Assembly: GCA_030390025.1 (NCBI GenBank)
Contig: CM059431.1
Span: 133,488,001-133,552,000, forward strand
Length of the DNA stretch: 64,000 nt
DNA from: Squalus acanthias
Lineage: Eukaryota
Reading direction: 5' to 3'
Within the stretch, counting starts at the first letter, position 1. Each line of letters opens with the position of its first letter. Made by a program: the position numbers and the translations under genes. A model generated the notes under the pieces. The model had not been told where the DNA came from. It made no database searches and saw only the letters and a program-made list of their open reading frames with translations. Of the stretch, positions 49,942-62,611 are shown one piece after another.

Positions 49942-50680
49942 GGGAGCTAAATTGGGTCATGCAGTGCCAATTTATTAGGCACTACGCGGCCACATAAGGA
50001 TCGAAAATGGGGTCCGAGCTACTCGTGCACACTTCCGATGGGAAGTGCGCAGGACGCCATCTTGGTAAAGGACAAACAAGAGGCCTCCTTTACCCACGTC
50101 TGAAGCAGGCGTTTGTCCATTTGCACATGCAAATAAGAGGCCTAATGCCTGCTTCTGGTCTCTGCTGCAACTTTGGTTTGCCCTGAGGCAGCCAGTGCCG
50201 GTGCTGGTTGCCTCCAGGAAAACCAACTCTATATACCACGCAAGTAAAAAAAAGTAAGTATTTACCATATCCATCGCTGCTCCCAGTCCAGAGATCTCCG
50301 ACCTCCAAATACCTTCAGGACCCCGACCTCCAGGCACCCCCCCACCCCGATCTCCCCGGCCCCAACTTCCTAGCCCCAACCTCCCAACAGCACTCCTGAC
50401 ACCCCAACAGCACTCCCGACACCCCAACAGTACTCCCGAGGCTTGCAATCTTCCTACCCAAACCCCCACCCATCCCCGATCACGGACTCCGCTGCCCATC
50501 CGTTCCTCCTCCAGACCCCCGCGATCCAACCCAATCACTTACCTGGAAATCGGAACACTAACCTGTGCGGCATCCTCCCATAGCACCATCTACAGTATGA
50601 GACGGCCTGAGGCCCAAAATCTGGGGCTCCTTGGAGCTCACCATTTGAGCATGGGCTGTTAACACTCGAATTTATCCCCC
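49942..50680. mobile_element. Harbinger MITE
   Basis: Termini GGGAGCTAAATTG and GAATTTATCCCCC; TSD GTA on both sides; left arm matches the reverse complement of 41940-42046. Confidence 0.85.
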
Positions 50681-51689
50681 GTAGAATTCTATAGAAATGG
50701 TCTATCTCATTTATGATAGTTAATGCACCATCACTGGCAAGATGTTCAATTTATTTCAGGATTATCTCATACATTCAAGAATGTGGTATGGTTATAGATC
50801 ATCAGGTCAGAACTAACTGAAGTGTTAGTTTTCATTTTGATTTCAGTAGACAATTATTCCATTCTTGAGTTGTGAAATTATTGTTGACATCTACAGAGTA
50901 AACAAACGATACTTTACACTGCAGTGTAAGATAGGATGTTAATCTTAGGGGTCAGGATGACATTGGAAATCATCAGCAATACAGTAAATTATTTTTATTT
51001 TGAAATAATGATAAATTGTTTAATTTAACACATAAATATTTTTAAACACGTGTCTTCAAAATACGAACATTTTATATGGACTACTTCACCGTGTAGAACA
51101 GAACGTTTACTAAATCATGTAGTTGGGAGTGGAAAAAGATTGTGAAACAATGATTGGCCCAGACAGCAGCAGTTGCATTACTGACAGTGAGATAAAAAGG
51201 AAAGCACAAATGTTGGAAATGCACAGCTGGTTAACATTCAATCTGCAAAGTCAATATTTGTGTGTAATCACTCCCAAATGGGGGAGTTTATTTCCACATC
51301 CTCCACTTTAAGCTATACAGTGAATGGATCCAATGCCATGCCTGAGTGTCACATTTATGAAGTTTGTCTGTGTTTATTGTATTATTTACCTTGGTGAAGC
51401 AGAAACTTGAATTATAAACTATCACACAATACAGAATGAACAGTGAAAGGGGAAAATATCAGTACAAATAAGAACTATCAATGACAAGCTCTTACCCATA
51501 GGTAACCTCCCGGGGTTTACTTAAAAAAAAACTTTTAAAAATGGTTCCTATTTACGGAGTACCTCTTTGACATCTTGTAGTCATCTATTTGATGCTGGAG
51601 TAGAGGCACTGAAGTGACAGCAGAAGGAGATGTCCTTCTGATCAGTATTATTGATGTCAGAGCATATTAGCAATTGATTGCAGGGCTCC

Positions 51690-52025
51690 TCAAACGGCTC
51701 AATGAGTTGGATTAGTGAGTAGCTGAACCGTACAACGTAGGAAGTTTTTGTTTTCAACCCTCAATCTGTGCAGTGTTTCGCTAATCTCCGCCAGGTTGGG
51801 GTAGAGGTTTTAACATTTGATTTCAGTGAGGGGATCAGGGAGAGGAAAATCAAGCAGGCTCCCTCATGCTGATTGCCATCCGATGACTCCTGCTGGAAGT
51901 ATTTATGTCTGAAAGTTGCCTGAGATGCCCCACCCATTCATCAATATTTGTTGTCAAGGCTCACACATAACTATTACTCAAGGTAACAGAGGGTGCCTAC
52001 CATCTGTACCCAGCGAGGAGTCATA
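51690..52025 (+). mobile_element. Old degenerate SINE-like shark repeat
   Basis: Recalled resemblance only (TCTGTGC..GCTAATCTC; CTGATTGCCATCC..CCTGCTGGAAG); Pol III boxes are eroded. Confidence 0.3.
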
Positions 52026-52359
52026 GCTATTTAAGAGAAAAGGTGCTGGGGGAGGGGGAATTGCCTGAGGGAAGAAAGTGATTGAAGGTTGGTTGCATTT
52101 TATTCAGTCTCTGCTGAATGTTTACTAAAACATAACAGATAACAAATGGATATATCGTTCCTCATCAGAGCCATGTGCAAACAGATATTTTAAACAAGGA
52201 AAACTTTAAAAAAAATACTAACCCCACGTGGATGATCCACTTACTGATAGTGCTTGACCTTAGAGTTAATGGATAGTTTCTCCTCTTCACAGTGGGAGAA
52301 CAGTGGGGTGGGACTTTCGCCTGCTGCTGTGAGCCCACCATAACCCTGACTCATTTTCC

Positions 52360-55328
52360 AGATGGACCGCCCGGCATCGTCCTATGCACCACACACGACA
52401 AAGGCACACCCAGCCCTGTTGACCCTGCAAAGTCCTCCTCACTAACATTTGGGGACTTGTGCTAAAATTGGGAGAGCTGTCCCACAGACTAGTCAACCAT
52501 CAGCCTGACATAGTCATACTCACAGAATCATACCTTTCAGCCAATGTCCCAGACTCCTCCATCACCATCCCTGGGTATGGCCTGTCCCACCGGCAAGACT
52601 GACCCACCAGAGGTGGTGACACAGTGGTATACAGTCGGGAGGGAGTGGCCCTGAGAGTCCTCAACATTGACTCTGGACCCCATGAAGTCTCATGGCATCA
52701 GGTCAAAAATGGGCAAGGAAATCTCCTGCTGATTACCACCTACCGCCCTCCCTCAGCTGATGAATCAGTACTCCTCCATGTTTGAATGCCACTTGGAAGA
52801 AGCACTGACCGTAGCAAGGGCACAGAATGTTCTCTGAGTGGGGGAATTCAATGTCCATCACCAAGAGTGGCTCGGTAGCACCTCTACTGACAGAGCTGGC
52901 CAAGTCCTGAAGGACATAGATGCCAGACTGGGCTTGCAGCAGGCGGTGAGAAAACCAACATGAGGGAAAAACCTACTTGACCTCGTTCTCACCAATTTAC
53001 CTGTCGCAGATGCATCTGTCCATGACAGTATTGGTAGCAGTGACCATTGCACAGTCATTGTGAAGACGAAGTCCTGTCTTCACACTGAGGACACTCTCCA
53101 TTGTGGCACTATCACTGTGCTAAATGGGATAGATTCAGAACAGATCCAGCAGCTCAAAACTGGGCATCCATGAGGCGCTGTGGGCCATCAGCAGCAGCAG
53201 AATTGCATTCCACCATAATCTGTAACCTCATGGCCCAACATATCCCTCACTCTACCATTACCATCAAGCCAGGGGACCAACCCTGTTTCAATGAGGAGTG
53301 AAGAAGTGCATGCCAGGAGCAGCACAAGGCATACCTAAAAATGAGGTGCCAACCTGGGGAAGCTACAACATAGGACTACAGCGGAAACAACATGTTATAG
53401 TCAGAGCTATGCAATCCCACAACCAACCGATCAGATCAAAGCTCTGCAGTTCTGCCACATCCAGTTGTGAATAGTGGTGGAAAATTAAACAACTAACGGG
53501 AGGAGGAGACTCCATGAACATCCCCATCCTCAATGATGGTGGAGCCCAGTAGGTGTGTGCAAAAGACAAGGCTGGAGCGTTCGCATCCATCTTCAGCCTG
53601 AAGTGCCGAGTGCATGATCCATCTCGGCCTCCTCCTGAGGTCCCCACCATCACAGAAGCCAGTTTTCAGCCAATTTGATTCACTCTACGTGATATCAAGA
53701 AACGGCTGAGCGCACTGGTTACAGCAAAGGTTATGGGCCCTGACAACATCCCGGCTGTCATGCTGAAGACTTGTGCTCCAGAACTAGCCACACCTCTAAC
53801 CAAGCTGTTCCAGTACAGCTACAACACTGGCATCTACCCGCCAATGTGGAAAATTGCCCAGGTATGCCCTGTCCACGAAAAGCAGCACAAATCCAATCCA
53901 GCCAATTACCGCCCCATCAGTCTACTCTCAATCATCAGCAAATTGATGGAAGGTATTGTCGACAGTGCTATCAAGCAGCACTTACTTACCAGTAACCTGC
54001 TCACCGATGCTCAGTTTGGGTTCCTCCAGGACCACTCGGCTCCAGACTTCATTACAGCCTTGGTCCAAACATGGACAAAAGAGCTGAATTCCAGAGGTGA
54101 GGTGAGAGTGGCTGCCCTTGACATCAAGGCAGCATTTGACCGAGTGTGGCATCAAGGAGCCCTAGTAAAATTGAAGTCAATGAGAATCAAGGGGAAAACT
54201 CTCCACTGGCTGGAGTCATACCTAGCATAAAGGAAGATGGTTGTGGTTGTTGGAGGCCAATCATCTCAGCCCCAGGACATCGCTGCAGGAGTTCCTCAGG
54301 GCAGTGTCCTAGGCCCAACCATCTTCAGCTGCTTCATCAATGACCTTCCCTCCAACATAAGGTAAGTTCGCTGATGATTGCACAGTGTTCAGTTCCATTT
54401 GCAACTCCTCAGATAATGAAGCAGTCCATGCCCGCATGCAGCAAGACCTGGACGACATTCAGGCTTGGGCTGATAAGTGGCAAGTAACATTTGAGCCACA
54501 CAAGTGCCAGGCAATGACTATCTCCAACAAGCGAGAGTCTAACCACTGCCCCATGACATTCAACGGCATTACCATCACTGAACCTCCACCTCCATTGACC
54601 AGAAACTTAAATAAACCAGACACATAAATACTGTGGCTACAAGAGCAGGTCAGAGGCTGGGTAAAATTGGTTGTAAAGTGCATTGAGACGTCCGGTGGTC
54701 GTGAAAGGCGGTATATAAATGCAAGTCTTTCTTTCTTATTCTGCGTTGAGTGACTCACCTCCTGACTCTCCAAAGCCTTTCAACCATCTACAAGGCACAA
54801 GTAAGGAGTGTGATGGAATACTCTCCACTTGCCTGGATGAGTGCAACTCCAACAACATTCAAAAAGCTCAACACCATCCAGGACAAAGCAGCCCGCTTGA
54901 TTGGCACCCCATCCACCACCTTAAACATTCACTCCCTCCACCACTGGTGTGCTGTGGCTGCAGTGTGTACCATCTACAAGATGCACTGCAGCAACTCGCC
55001 AAGGCTTCTTCGACAGCACCTCTCAAACCTGCAACCTCTACCACCTAGAAGGACAAGTGCAGCAGGCGCATGGGAACACCATCACCTGCAAGTTCCCCTT
55101 CAAGTCACACACCATCCTGACTTGGAAATATATCACCGTTCCTTCATCGTCGCTGGGTCAAAATCCTGGAACTCCCTCCCTAGCAGCACTTTGGGAGTAC
55201 CTTCACCACACGGACTGCAGCGGTTCAAGAAGGTGGCTCACCACCCCCTTCTCAAGGGCAACTAGGGATGGGCAATAAATGCTGGCCTTGCCAGCGACAC
55301 CCACATCCCATGAACGAATAAAAAAAAA
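52360..55328 (+). mobile_element. Divergent CR1/L2-group LINE (Zenon/Crack-like) with endonuclease and RT, decayed
   Basis: PDIVILTES, TTYRPP, NYRPISLLS and ALDIKAAFDRVW motifs; A-rich end. Contains a SINE/L2 tail insert at about 54661-54736. Confidence 0.85.
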
Positions 55329-55879
55329 TGTCAATATGCCTCACCTTCTGATTTTTCCACTTTTTTGCTGATAAGTTCATGAAATGAAAGAAAATAGGTT
55401 GTATTTTCCTCTGCTCACTCTGATAGTGGAGGAAAATACAATCTTCTTTCATTTTATTTGCAGAGTCATCCACAGAAAATGATTAACTTTGTTTCCAACC
55501 TCCTTAACATTGTACTGTGTCAAAGAAAATTGCTCAAAGGAACTTTCCAGAGCACATGACTGTGCGCTGGTAGAAAACCAATTAACCTTTTCATTAGTTA
55601 CATATTTTCAAAACATTAAACACGACAGTGCTTTTTGCATCAATGTTAATATATTCTGGGTTAATATACTCTGAGAAATAAACAACAATTCCACACTTCC
55701 ACTGCAGTGGATTTCCTTCTCTACAGCTGGGTCATCTGAGCAACTATATCATCTGAGTACTAAAGTCAGAGGGAAATATCTACAAAGAAACAATTTCAAA
55801 ATAAAATTAACAGACTGTTGTTCCTATCCATCCCTGTTCCTTATTTTCAAAAACTATCCAGAACTTTGTCTTACATTTT

Positions 55880-58062
55880 TCAACGCTCATCGTGCAACAT
55901 TTTCCAAGTTTACATAAACAACAATCATGAAAAAAGAGCTTAGGTGATTAAAAGCTTGGTGAAAAGGTGGTTTTAAGGAACGTCTAAAGGAGGAGACATG
56001 GACGAAGAGGTGGAGGGGTTTAGGGGAGGATTCCAGAATATGAGAACCGGTTAGACGGTGGGGGATAATTAGACCAGGACGTTTAGACATCATAACATCA
56101 AACATTCTATCCTTAGCGTCTCCACTAGAGGGAAAGGGTAATTACAGTTATGACAAGTTTATATAAACAGTTTCCATTATAAATCTGGATGTAGGAACTT
56201 ATAATGGCAAAGGGTGACACGAAGTGCAGTTTTCAGAGTCAGAATTGGAGGGAGCAGGAGGAAGGGGAAACCATAGAATCATACAGCACAGAAGGAGGCC
56301 ATTCCTCCCATCGTGCCTGTGCCGACTCTTTGAAAGAGCTATCAATTAGTCCTACTCCCCTTCTCTTTTCTCATAGCCATGCAATTTCTTCCTTTTCAAG
56401 TATATATCCAAATCTCTTTTGAAAGTTACTGTAGCATTTGCTTCCACCACCTTTCAGGCAGTGCATTCCAGGTCATAACAACTCGTTGTGTAAAACAAAT
56501 CCTCCTCTTCTCCCCCTGGTCCTTTAAATCTCTGACCTTTGGTTACTGACCCTCCTGCCAATAAAAACAATTTCTCCCTACTCTACTCTATCAAAACTCA
56601 ATTGAACACCTCCCTCTTCTCCACCCACTCCATTACTGCTCCCACTCCCCTCCTCTCCTCCCTCCCCCCTCCTGATTCCTTCCCCCTCCCCATCTCCATC
56701 TCCCTGCACCTCTCCACCCTCCCCTCCTCCCACTCCTCTCCTCCACTACTCCTTTTTATGACCCTTCTTTCCTTTCTCCTGCTACTCAGTGGGGGGTTGA
56801 GTATGTTGTGTTGGTGCTCAGTCAGGGAGGAGGGGGAATGGCAGGTTTTTGAGAATGATGCTCCCCAAGGGATGGCAGGTTTTGGAAATGCTACACTATG
56901 GGAGGTGGAGAGAGGTTTTTCAAGTGCTCCACAATTGAGGGAGGTGGTCATGTTTGGGGTTACTGCTTAGTGCCTTGGTTAGATCACACTTGGAGTACTG
57001 TGTACAACTCTGGTCTCCATATTACAAAATGGATATAGAGGCACTGGAGAAGGTGCAAAAAAGATTTACAAGCATGATACCAGAACTGAGCGATTATAAC
57101 TTCAGGAAAGACTGAACAGGCTGTGGCTCTTTTCACTAGAAAAGAGAAGACTGAGAGGTGACATAATAAAGGTTTTTAAAATTATGAAGGGGTTTGATAG
57201 GGTAGATGTAGGGAAGATGTTTCCACTTGCAGAGACTCCAAAACTAGGGGCCACAAATATAATAATAAATGCAATAAAGAATTTAGTAGAAACTTCCTTA
57301 CCCAGAGAGAGGGAGAGAGAAAGGAATAGAAGGATATGCAGATCGGGTTAGATGAAGTAGGGTGGGAGGAGGCTCGTGTGGAGCATAAACATCAGCACAT
57401 GCCAGTTAGGCTGAATGGCCTGTTTCTGTGCCGTAAATTCTATATAAAGCTGGCTAAAAGGTAATCAAGCCACCAGAAACAGATTGGGCAGGTAGGCCAG
57501 AATGCTAGGCTTCAGGCCAGGAAAGGTAACAGGATCGGTGGGAATGAGGAGGGCAGATAGGTTCCAGCCTGAGGCCTGAAATTGGGCAGCACACAAATTG
57601 ATTGGCCGGGGAGGAGGGGAGGCTCACAAATGAACAAAGAGGACACCGTTATTGGGTGAAAATCAGATTGTAGACACCCGATAAAGGGGCAAAAGACATA
57701 TGAAAATCGGGTGAATAAAAATGGTAGGCAGCCTGATTTACTTCACAGTGCTGTCTTGTGGTAGGGTGTTTTTTTATTCATTCACGGGATGTGGGCGTCG
57801 CTGGCACGGCCGGCATTTATTGCCCATCCCTAATTGCCCTTGAGAAGGTGGTGGTGAGCCGCCTTCTTGAACCACTGCAGTCCATGCGGTGAAGATACTC
57901 CCACAGTGCTGTTAGGGAGGGAGTTCCAGGATTTTGATCCAGCGACGATGAAGGATCGGTGATATATTTCCAAGTCAGAATGGTGTGTGACTTGGAGAGG
58001 AACATGGAGATGATGGTGTTCCCATGCACCTACTGCCCTTGTCCTTCTAGGTGGTAGAGGAT
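55880..58062. mobile_element. Cluster of LINE 3' remnants: L2 (55880-56090 -), CR1 (56270-56600 -), CR1 (56970-57445 +), Zenon-like (57770-58062 -)
   Basis: Each is similar to the 3' end of a longer copy elsewhere in the window. Confidence 0.75.
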
Positions 58063-58102
58063 ACAACTAAAGCTTTACCCATTATAAAAATGTTGACACA
58101 AT

Positions 58103-58855
58103 GGGCCAGAAATTCGGCTCTCCGGATTCCCGCAGGTGCAAGGATCGTGCGCGTACTTACCTAGCGTGCCTGCCGATGTGCTTCAGGCCTGCGTGAAATT
58201 CGGCTCCTGTGCCTCCTGCAGCTGTTGGCGCGCAGTGCTTGCGTATCCCACGGGCGCAGTTAGTTCGAAGCGTCCCCTGGGATCACGTGGCCCATGGAGA
58301 GCCAGGGAATCTCCATTCATAGATTTTGACAGGAAGACCTGTCAAATCTATGAATAGAGATCGGCCCCAAAACCTCACTGAAACTTCAAATAAATAAAAA
58401 AAAAACATCACATTTTTAAAATAACTATAAATTACATAAATTAACTACCTTAAACAAAAATTTAAATTTTTGAAAAAATTAATTACACTTTTTAACGGTG
58501 CTAAAAATAAACTTACCTTTCTTTAAAGTATGTAAAAAAGATAAACCTGTTGAAAAAATGTTTAAATAGTACTTATTCACCACTTACCTTGTTAAAAGCT
58601 GGCCTTGTGCCTCCTTTTTCCCCGCGCAGCTTCTCCATACTTACCCTCACGGAGAAACCTGAAAAAAAACCGAAGTTCGCTGCATATGCGCTGCTCTCCG
58701 GCGCACGCGTTCGACCTCTGAACCCCTTCCTTCAGGGGAACGGAAGTTCCGGTTTCCAGCGCATGCGCAGTGCATGCACGAAACCGGCACTTTCGTTGGG
58801 TCTACGGGTGAGTACACAGCGCGTACTCACCCGTGGAGACCCGAATTTCTGGCCC
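58103..58855. mobile_element. Harbinger MITE with AT-rich core
   Basis: Perfect 15-bp TIR GGGCCAGAAATTCGG; flanks AAT and AAG; 12-bp hairpin at 58804-58834. Confidence 0.9.
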
Positions 58856-59119
58856 AAGAGGGTGACCTTTTACCCCCAATATCTGGCAATATAGTGTTGC
58901 CCACTGGAATTGATACAAGCTCTATTGTGTTTTCCTACCCACTGGAAAGTAGAAGAAGACAACACTTATCATATCGTGCAACTTAGGCTATAAGCTGTGA
59001 ATCAGATTCACTGAAAGTACAAACAAAACAGTAATGAAAATCAGTATCGCAGATTTCAAGTGATTGCAGAACTTTATCTTGTACCACCTCAAATACAAAA
59101 ATAATTAAAAAAACACAAT

Positions 59120-60064
59120 AGCCCAGATATTCCGATCCCTACGGGTGAGTACGTGCTGTGTACCCACCCGTAGGGACATCGGAAATGCCGATTTCAGGCA
59201 TGCACAGCGCATGCGCTGAAAACCGGCATTTCTGATCTGTCAAGAATGGTCTTGACAGATCCTCCGCCTGCCCGGGAGAAGGGCCTCTGCGGGCGGATTG
59301 TTCTGCTTTTTGGAGACCCTCCGCCTGCAGAAAACCCTTACAATTCTTACGCCTGGTAAAAGCAGGCATAAGGCCTGCTTTTACCAGGATAAGAGTTGAA
59401 AAAGTCTTCCTGTCAAATCTATGAATGGAGATTCCCTGCTCCGATTGGCTCTCCATGGCCCACGTGATCCCAGGGGACGCTTCGAACTAACTGCGCCCCT
59501 GGGATACGCAAGCACTGCGCGCTGGCAGCTGCAGGAGGCCCAGGAGCCGAATTCCACGCGGGCCTGAAGCACAACGGCAGGCGCGGTAGGTAAGTACGCG
59601 CGCGATTCTTGCACCCGCGGGAAGCTAGAGAGCCGAATTTCTGGCCCAAGTTTATTTTTAGCCCCGTAAAAAACTTTAATTATTTTTTCAAAAAATTACA
59701 TTTTTGTTTAAAATACTTAATTTATTGCAATTTCAAGTCATTTTAAAAATGTGATTTTAAAAAAAAATTATTTAAAGTTTTACTATGTTTTGGGGGTGAT
59801 CACCATTCATATATTTGACAGGTCTTCCTGTCAAATGTATGAAGGGAGATTCCCTTCTGTGATTGGCTCCCCATGGCCCACGTGATCCCAGGGACGCTGC
59901 GAACTACCTGCGCCTCTGCGATACGTGGGCCCTGCGCATTTCGAGTTGGTGAGGCTCAGGAGCGGAAGCGTGTGCGTCCCGGGAGCCCTCAGGTAAGGGC
60001 GCAGATTTTTCCAGATCGCAGGCCTCCGCCCGCAGGGAAGCCTGCGATCGGAAAATACGGGCCA
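59120..60064. mobile_element. Two further copies of the same MITE family, inverted (59120-59647 core-deleted; 59648-60064 partial)
   Basis: 59405-59647 is close to the reverse complement of 58103-58350; ends GAATTTCTGGCCC and GAAAATACGGGCC. Confidence 0.8.
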
Positions 60065-60227
60065 ATACTTTGCCAACTCTCCTACTATTACTGAACCTGG
60101 ATCAACAACCATAACAAACTTATTGTGGAGATTTAGTTCACCCCACAGATCCTTCACATGTTCATCGCGATGTGGTTATAGTAGAGTGAAACAAGAAGAA
60201 CTGAAGAAGTGAACCCAGGCTGCAGTA

Positions 60228-60430
60228 TACAGAAAATGCTGGAAATACTCAGCAGGTCAGGCAGCATCTGTGTGGAGAGAGAAACAGTTAACGTTTCAGG
60301 TCGAAGACCTTTCATCAACCTAAACATTAACTCTGTTTCTCTCTACAGATGCTGCCTGACCTGCTGAGTATTTCCAGCATTTTCTGTTTTTATTTTAGAA
60401 TTCCAGCATCTGCAGTATTTCGCTTTTGCT
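60228..60430. repeat. Palindromic Penelope-derived repeat with a hammerhead-like core (60286-60320, -)
   Basis: About 60-bp inverted arms; minus strand reads UUGAUGA-A-AGGUC(UUC)GACCU-GAAACGUUAACU. Confidence 0.8.
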
Positions 60431-60599
60431 GCACTATATGTTTCTCTGTCTGGGCTTGGAGCTGTCAATGTACCTCAAAGACACATGATGGGACATCCCT
60501 CTGCTGTGCAAATTACTAGGTTTTAAGTTTCACAGGCCTTTGTCACTCATCAAACAGATACGGCAGCACTTACACACCTTTTACTTACACACATTTTAT

Positions 60600-61530
60600 T
60601 CACGTACGGATCGGGGTCAAGCAAGGCTGTGTCATCGCACCAATGCTCTTCTCGATCTTCCTTGCTGCAATGCTCCATCTCACCCTCAGTAAGCTCCCCG
60701 CTGGAGTGGAGCTAATTTACAGAACAAACGGGAAACTGTTCAACCTCCGTCGCCTCCAGCCCAGATCCAAGGTCGTCCCATCCTCTGTTGTCGAATTACA
60801 GTATGCAGATGAAGCTTGCGTCTGCGCTCACTCAGAGGTCGAACTCCAAACCATCGTCAACACCTTCACCGAAGCGTACGAGAGCATGGGCCTTACACTA
60901 AACATCCGTAAGACAAAGGTCCTCTACCAACCTGCCAACCTGCCCCTGCCCACCGATTATCAAAATCCACGACAAGGCCTTGGACCACTTTCCATACCTC
61001 GGGAGCCTACTGTCAACAAGGGCAGATGTCGGTGACGAAGTCCAACACTGCCTTCAGTGTGCCAGTGCAGCCTTCGGTCGCCTGAGGAAGAGAGTGTTTG
61101 AAGACCAGGACCTCAAACCCGGCACTAAGCTCATGGTCTACAGAGCAGCAGTGATACCCGCCCTGCTGTATGCCTCAGAGACATGGACCATGTACAGCAG
61201 GCACCTCAAAGCACTGGAGAGGTACCACCAATGCTGCCTCCTCAAGATCCTGCAAATCCATTGGCAGGATAGGTGCACCAACGTCAGTGTTCTCACACAG
61301 GCCAACATCCCCAGCATCGAAGCTTTGACCACGCTCGATCAGCTCCGATGGACGGGTCACATCGTCCGCATGCCCGATACGAGACTCCCAAAACAAGCGC
61401 TCTACTCGGAGCTCCGGCACGGCAAGAGAGCCCCAGGTGGGCAGAGGAAACGCTTCAAGGACACCCTCAAAGCCTCCTTGAAAAAGTGCAACACCCCCAC
61501 TGACACCTGGGAATCCCTGTCCCAAGACCG
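60600..61530 (+). mobile_element. RTE (BovB-like) LINE fragment
   Basis: GVKQGCVIAP, LQYADE, GLTLNIRKTKV, FPYLGS and LLYASETWT motifs. Confidence 0.9.
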
Positions 61531-61818
61531 CCTCAGCTTCATTGACGAGGTCTCAGCACAGCGAGAAACTGGTGGGCGACCTGTCAAGATCAAAAAGCTG
61601 GGAAAAAAAAGTTAAGTGGCTGTAAACAAATCAATAATGATTTCAATTGCCTCCCCCGCCACTGCGTGTCGTGTCTGCTCACCACTGGCAGTCCTGACAT
61701 TTGGGAAAGGCGCGTGGCAGCAGGTTGACAGCGGGGTCCCGACCCGCTGTCAAAAAAAAACATTTTCCCACCCGTCCCGCCACCGATCGCGCCCGCTGCC
61801 CCCCGGAAAATTCTTCCC
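61531..61818. mobile_element. Harbinger second-family terminal fragment
   Basis: Collinear with 34840-35134; ends GGAAAATTCTTCCC. Confidence 0.75.
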
Positions 61819-62611
61819 TCAATGATCGTGTTGATGAAGGCAATAACATATGCTCAGCATAAGCTCCCTTACCAAGGACACTGCTCTGTGGCTTCAACTG
61901 AGCTCATCTTCTGAAATAAGGCATGGACTCTCTACTAGGGGCGCAATCAGCAACGTGTGGCAGAATGCGCTGACACTGACCCGGTTTTGCCGAGGTGAAG
62001 TTACACTCAAGTTTCCGCGCAATCTCATCAGCATAAGTCCGAACGTAAAATCTCCAATGAATCAGCATAAGCAAGCTGTGTAATTGATCATAATCAATTC
62101 ATGACTGGAACAGGGCCTTCTCCGGCATCACAAAGAGGAGTGGGATTGCCAGGAAATGAACCATTCTTCAACTGACTGATTTAATACTCTTGGTTTTACT
62201 TTTTATTTGGCTTCAATTGACTGCTTTGTGCTGTCCTTGGTACATAAGAACTGTGACCAGCAGTCAACTGAAGTCACTGCTCTGCTGTAATTTACTGAAT
62301 TTAGACTAATTTAAACTGAATTTAAAGTAATTTAAAGTGATTACAACAGCAGCAGGAATAGCACAGCAGGGTCAGGCTTCAAATGACTGTTTGTCACTGC
62401 AGGTACAGGTGATTAACGTTGGATTAATGTGACCACGGGTGCCTGTGCGCACGAGATTCTGGGCGCAATGTGATGAACACCCCTGGATGGGCGCAATCGG
62501 TGCTAACTCGGCATGTTGACCTGAGGGCATGGCCAGTTCTGTGGGTGGGAACTGCTTAGTGTGAGTGGACTTTTGAACCAGGGTAAAAGATCACGGATAC
62601 TCAGGCATAAA

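Noticed and set aside
6980..61593. Numerous antisense ORFs over LINEs
   Set aside because: Shadow frames of CR1, L2 and RTE ORF2, repeated in each copy.
61938..62483. Additional MITE bounded by GGGGCGCAATCAGCA and TGATGAACACCCC
   Set aside because: TIR match and TSD are too degenerate to support by eye.
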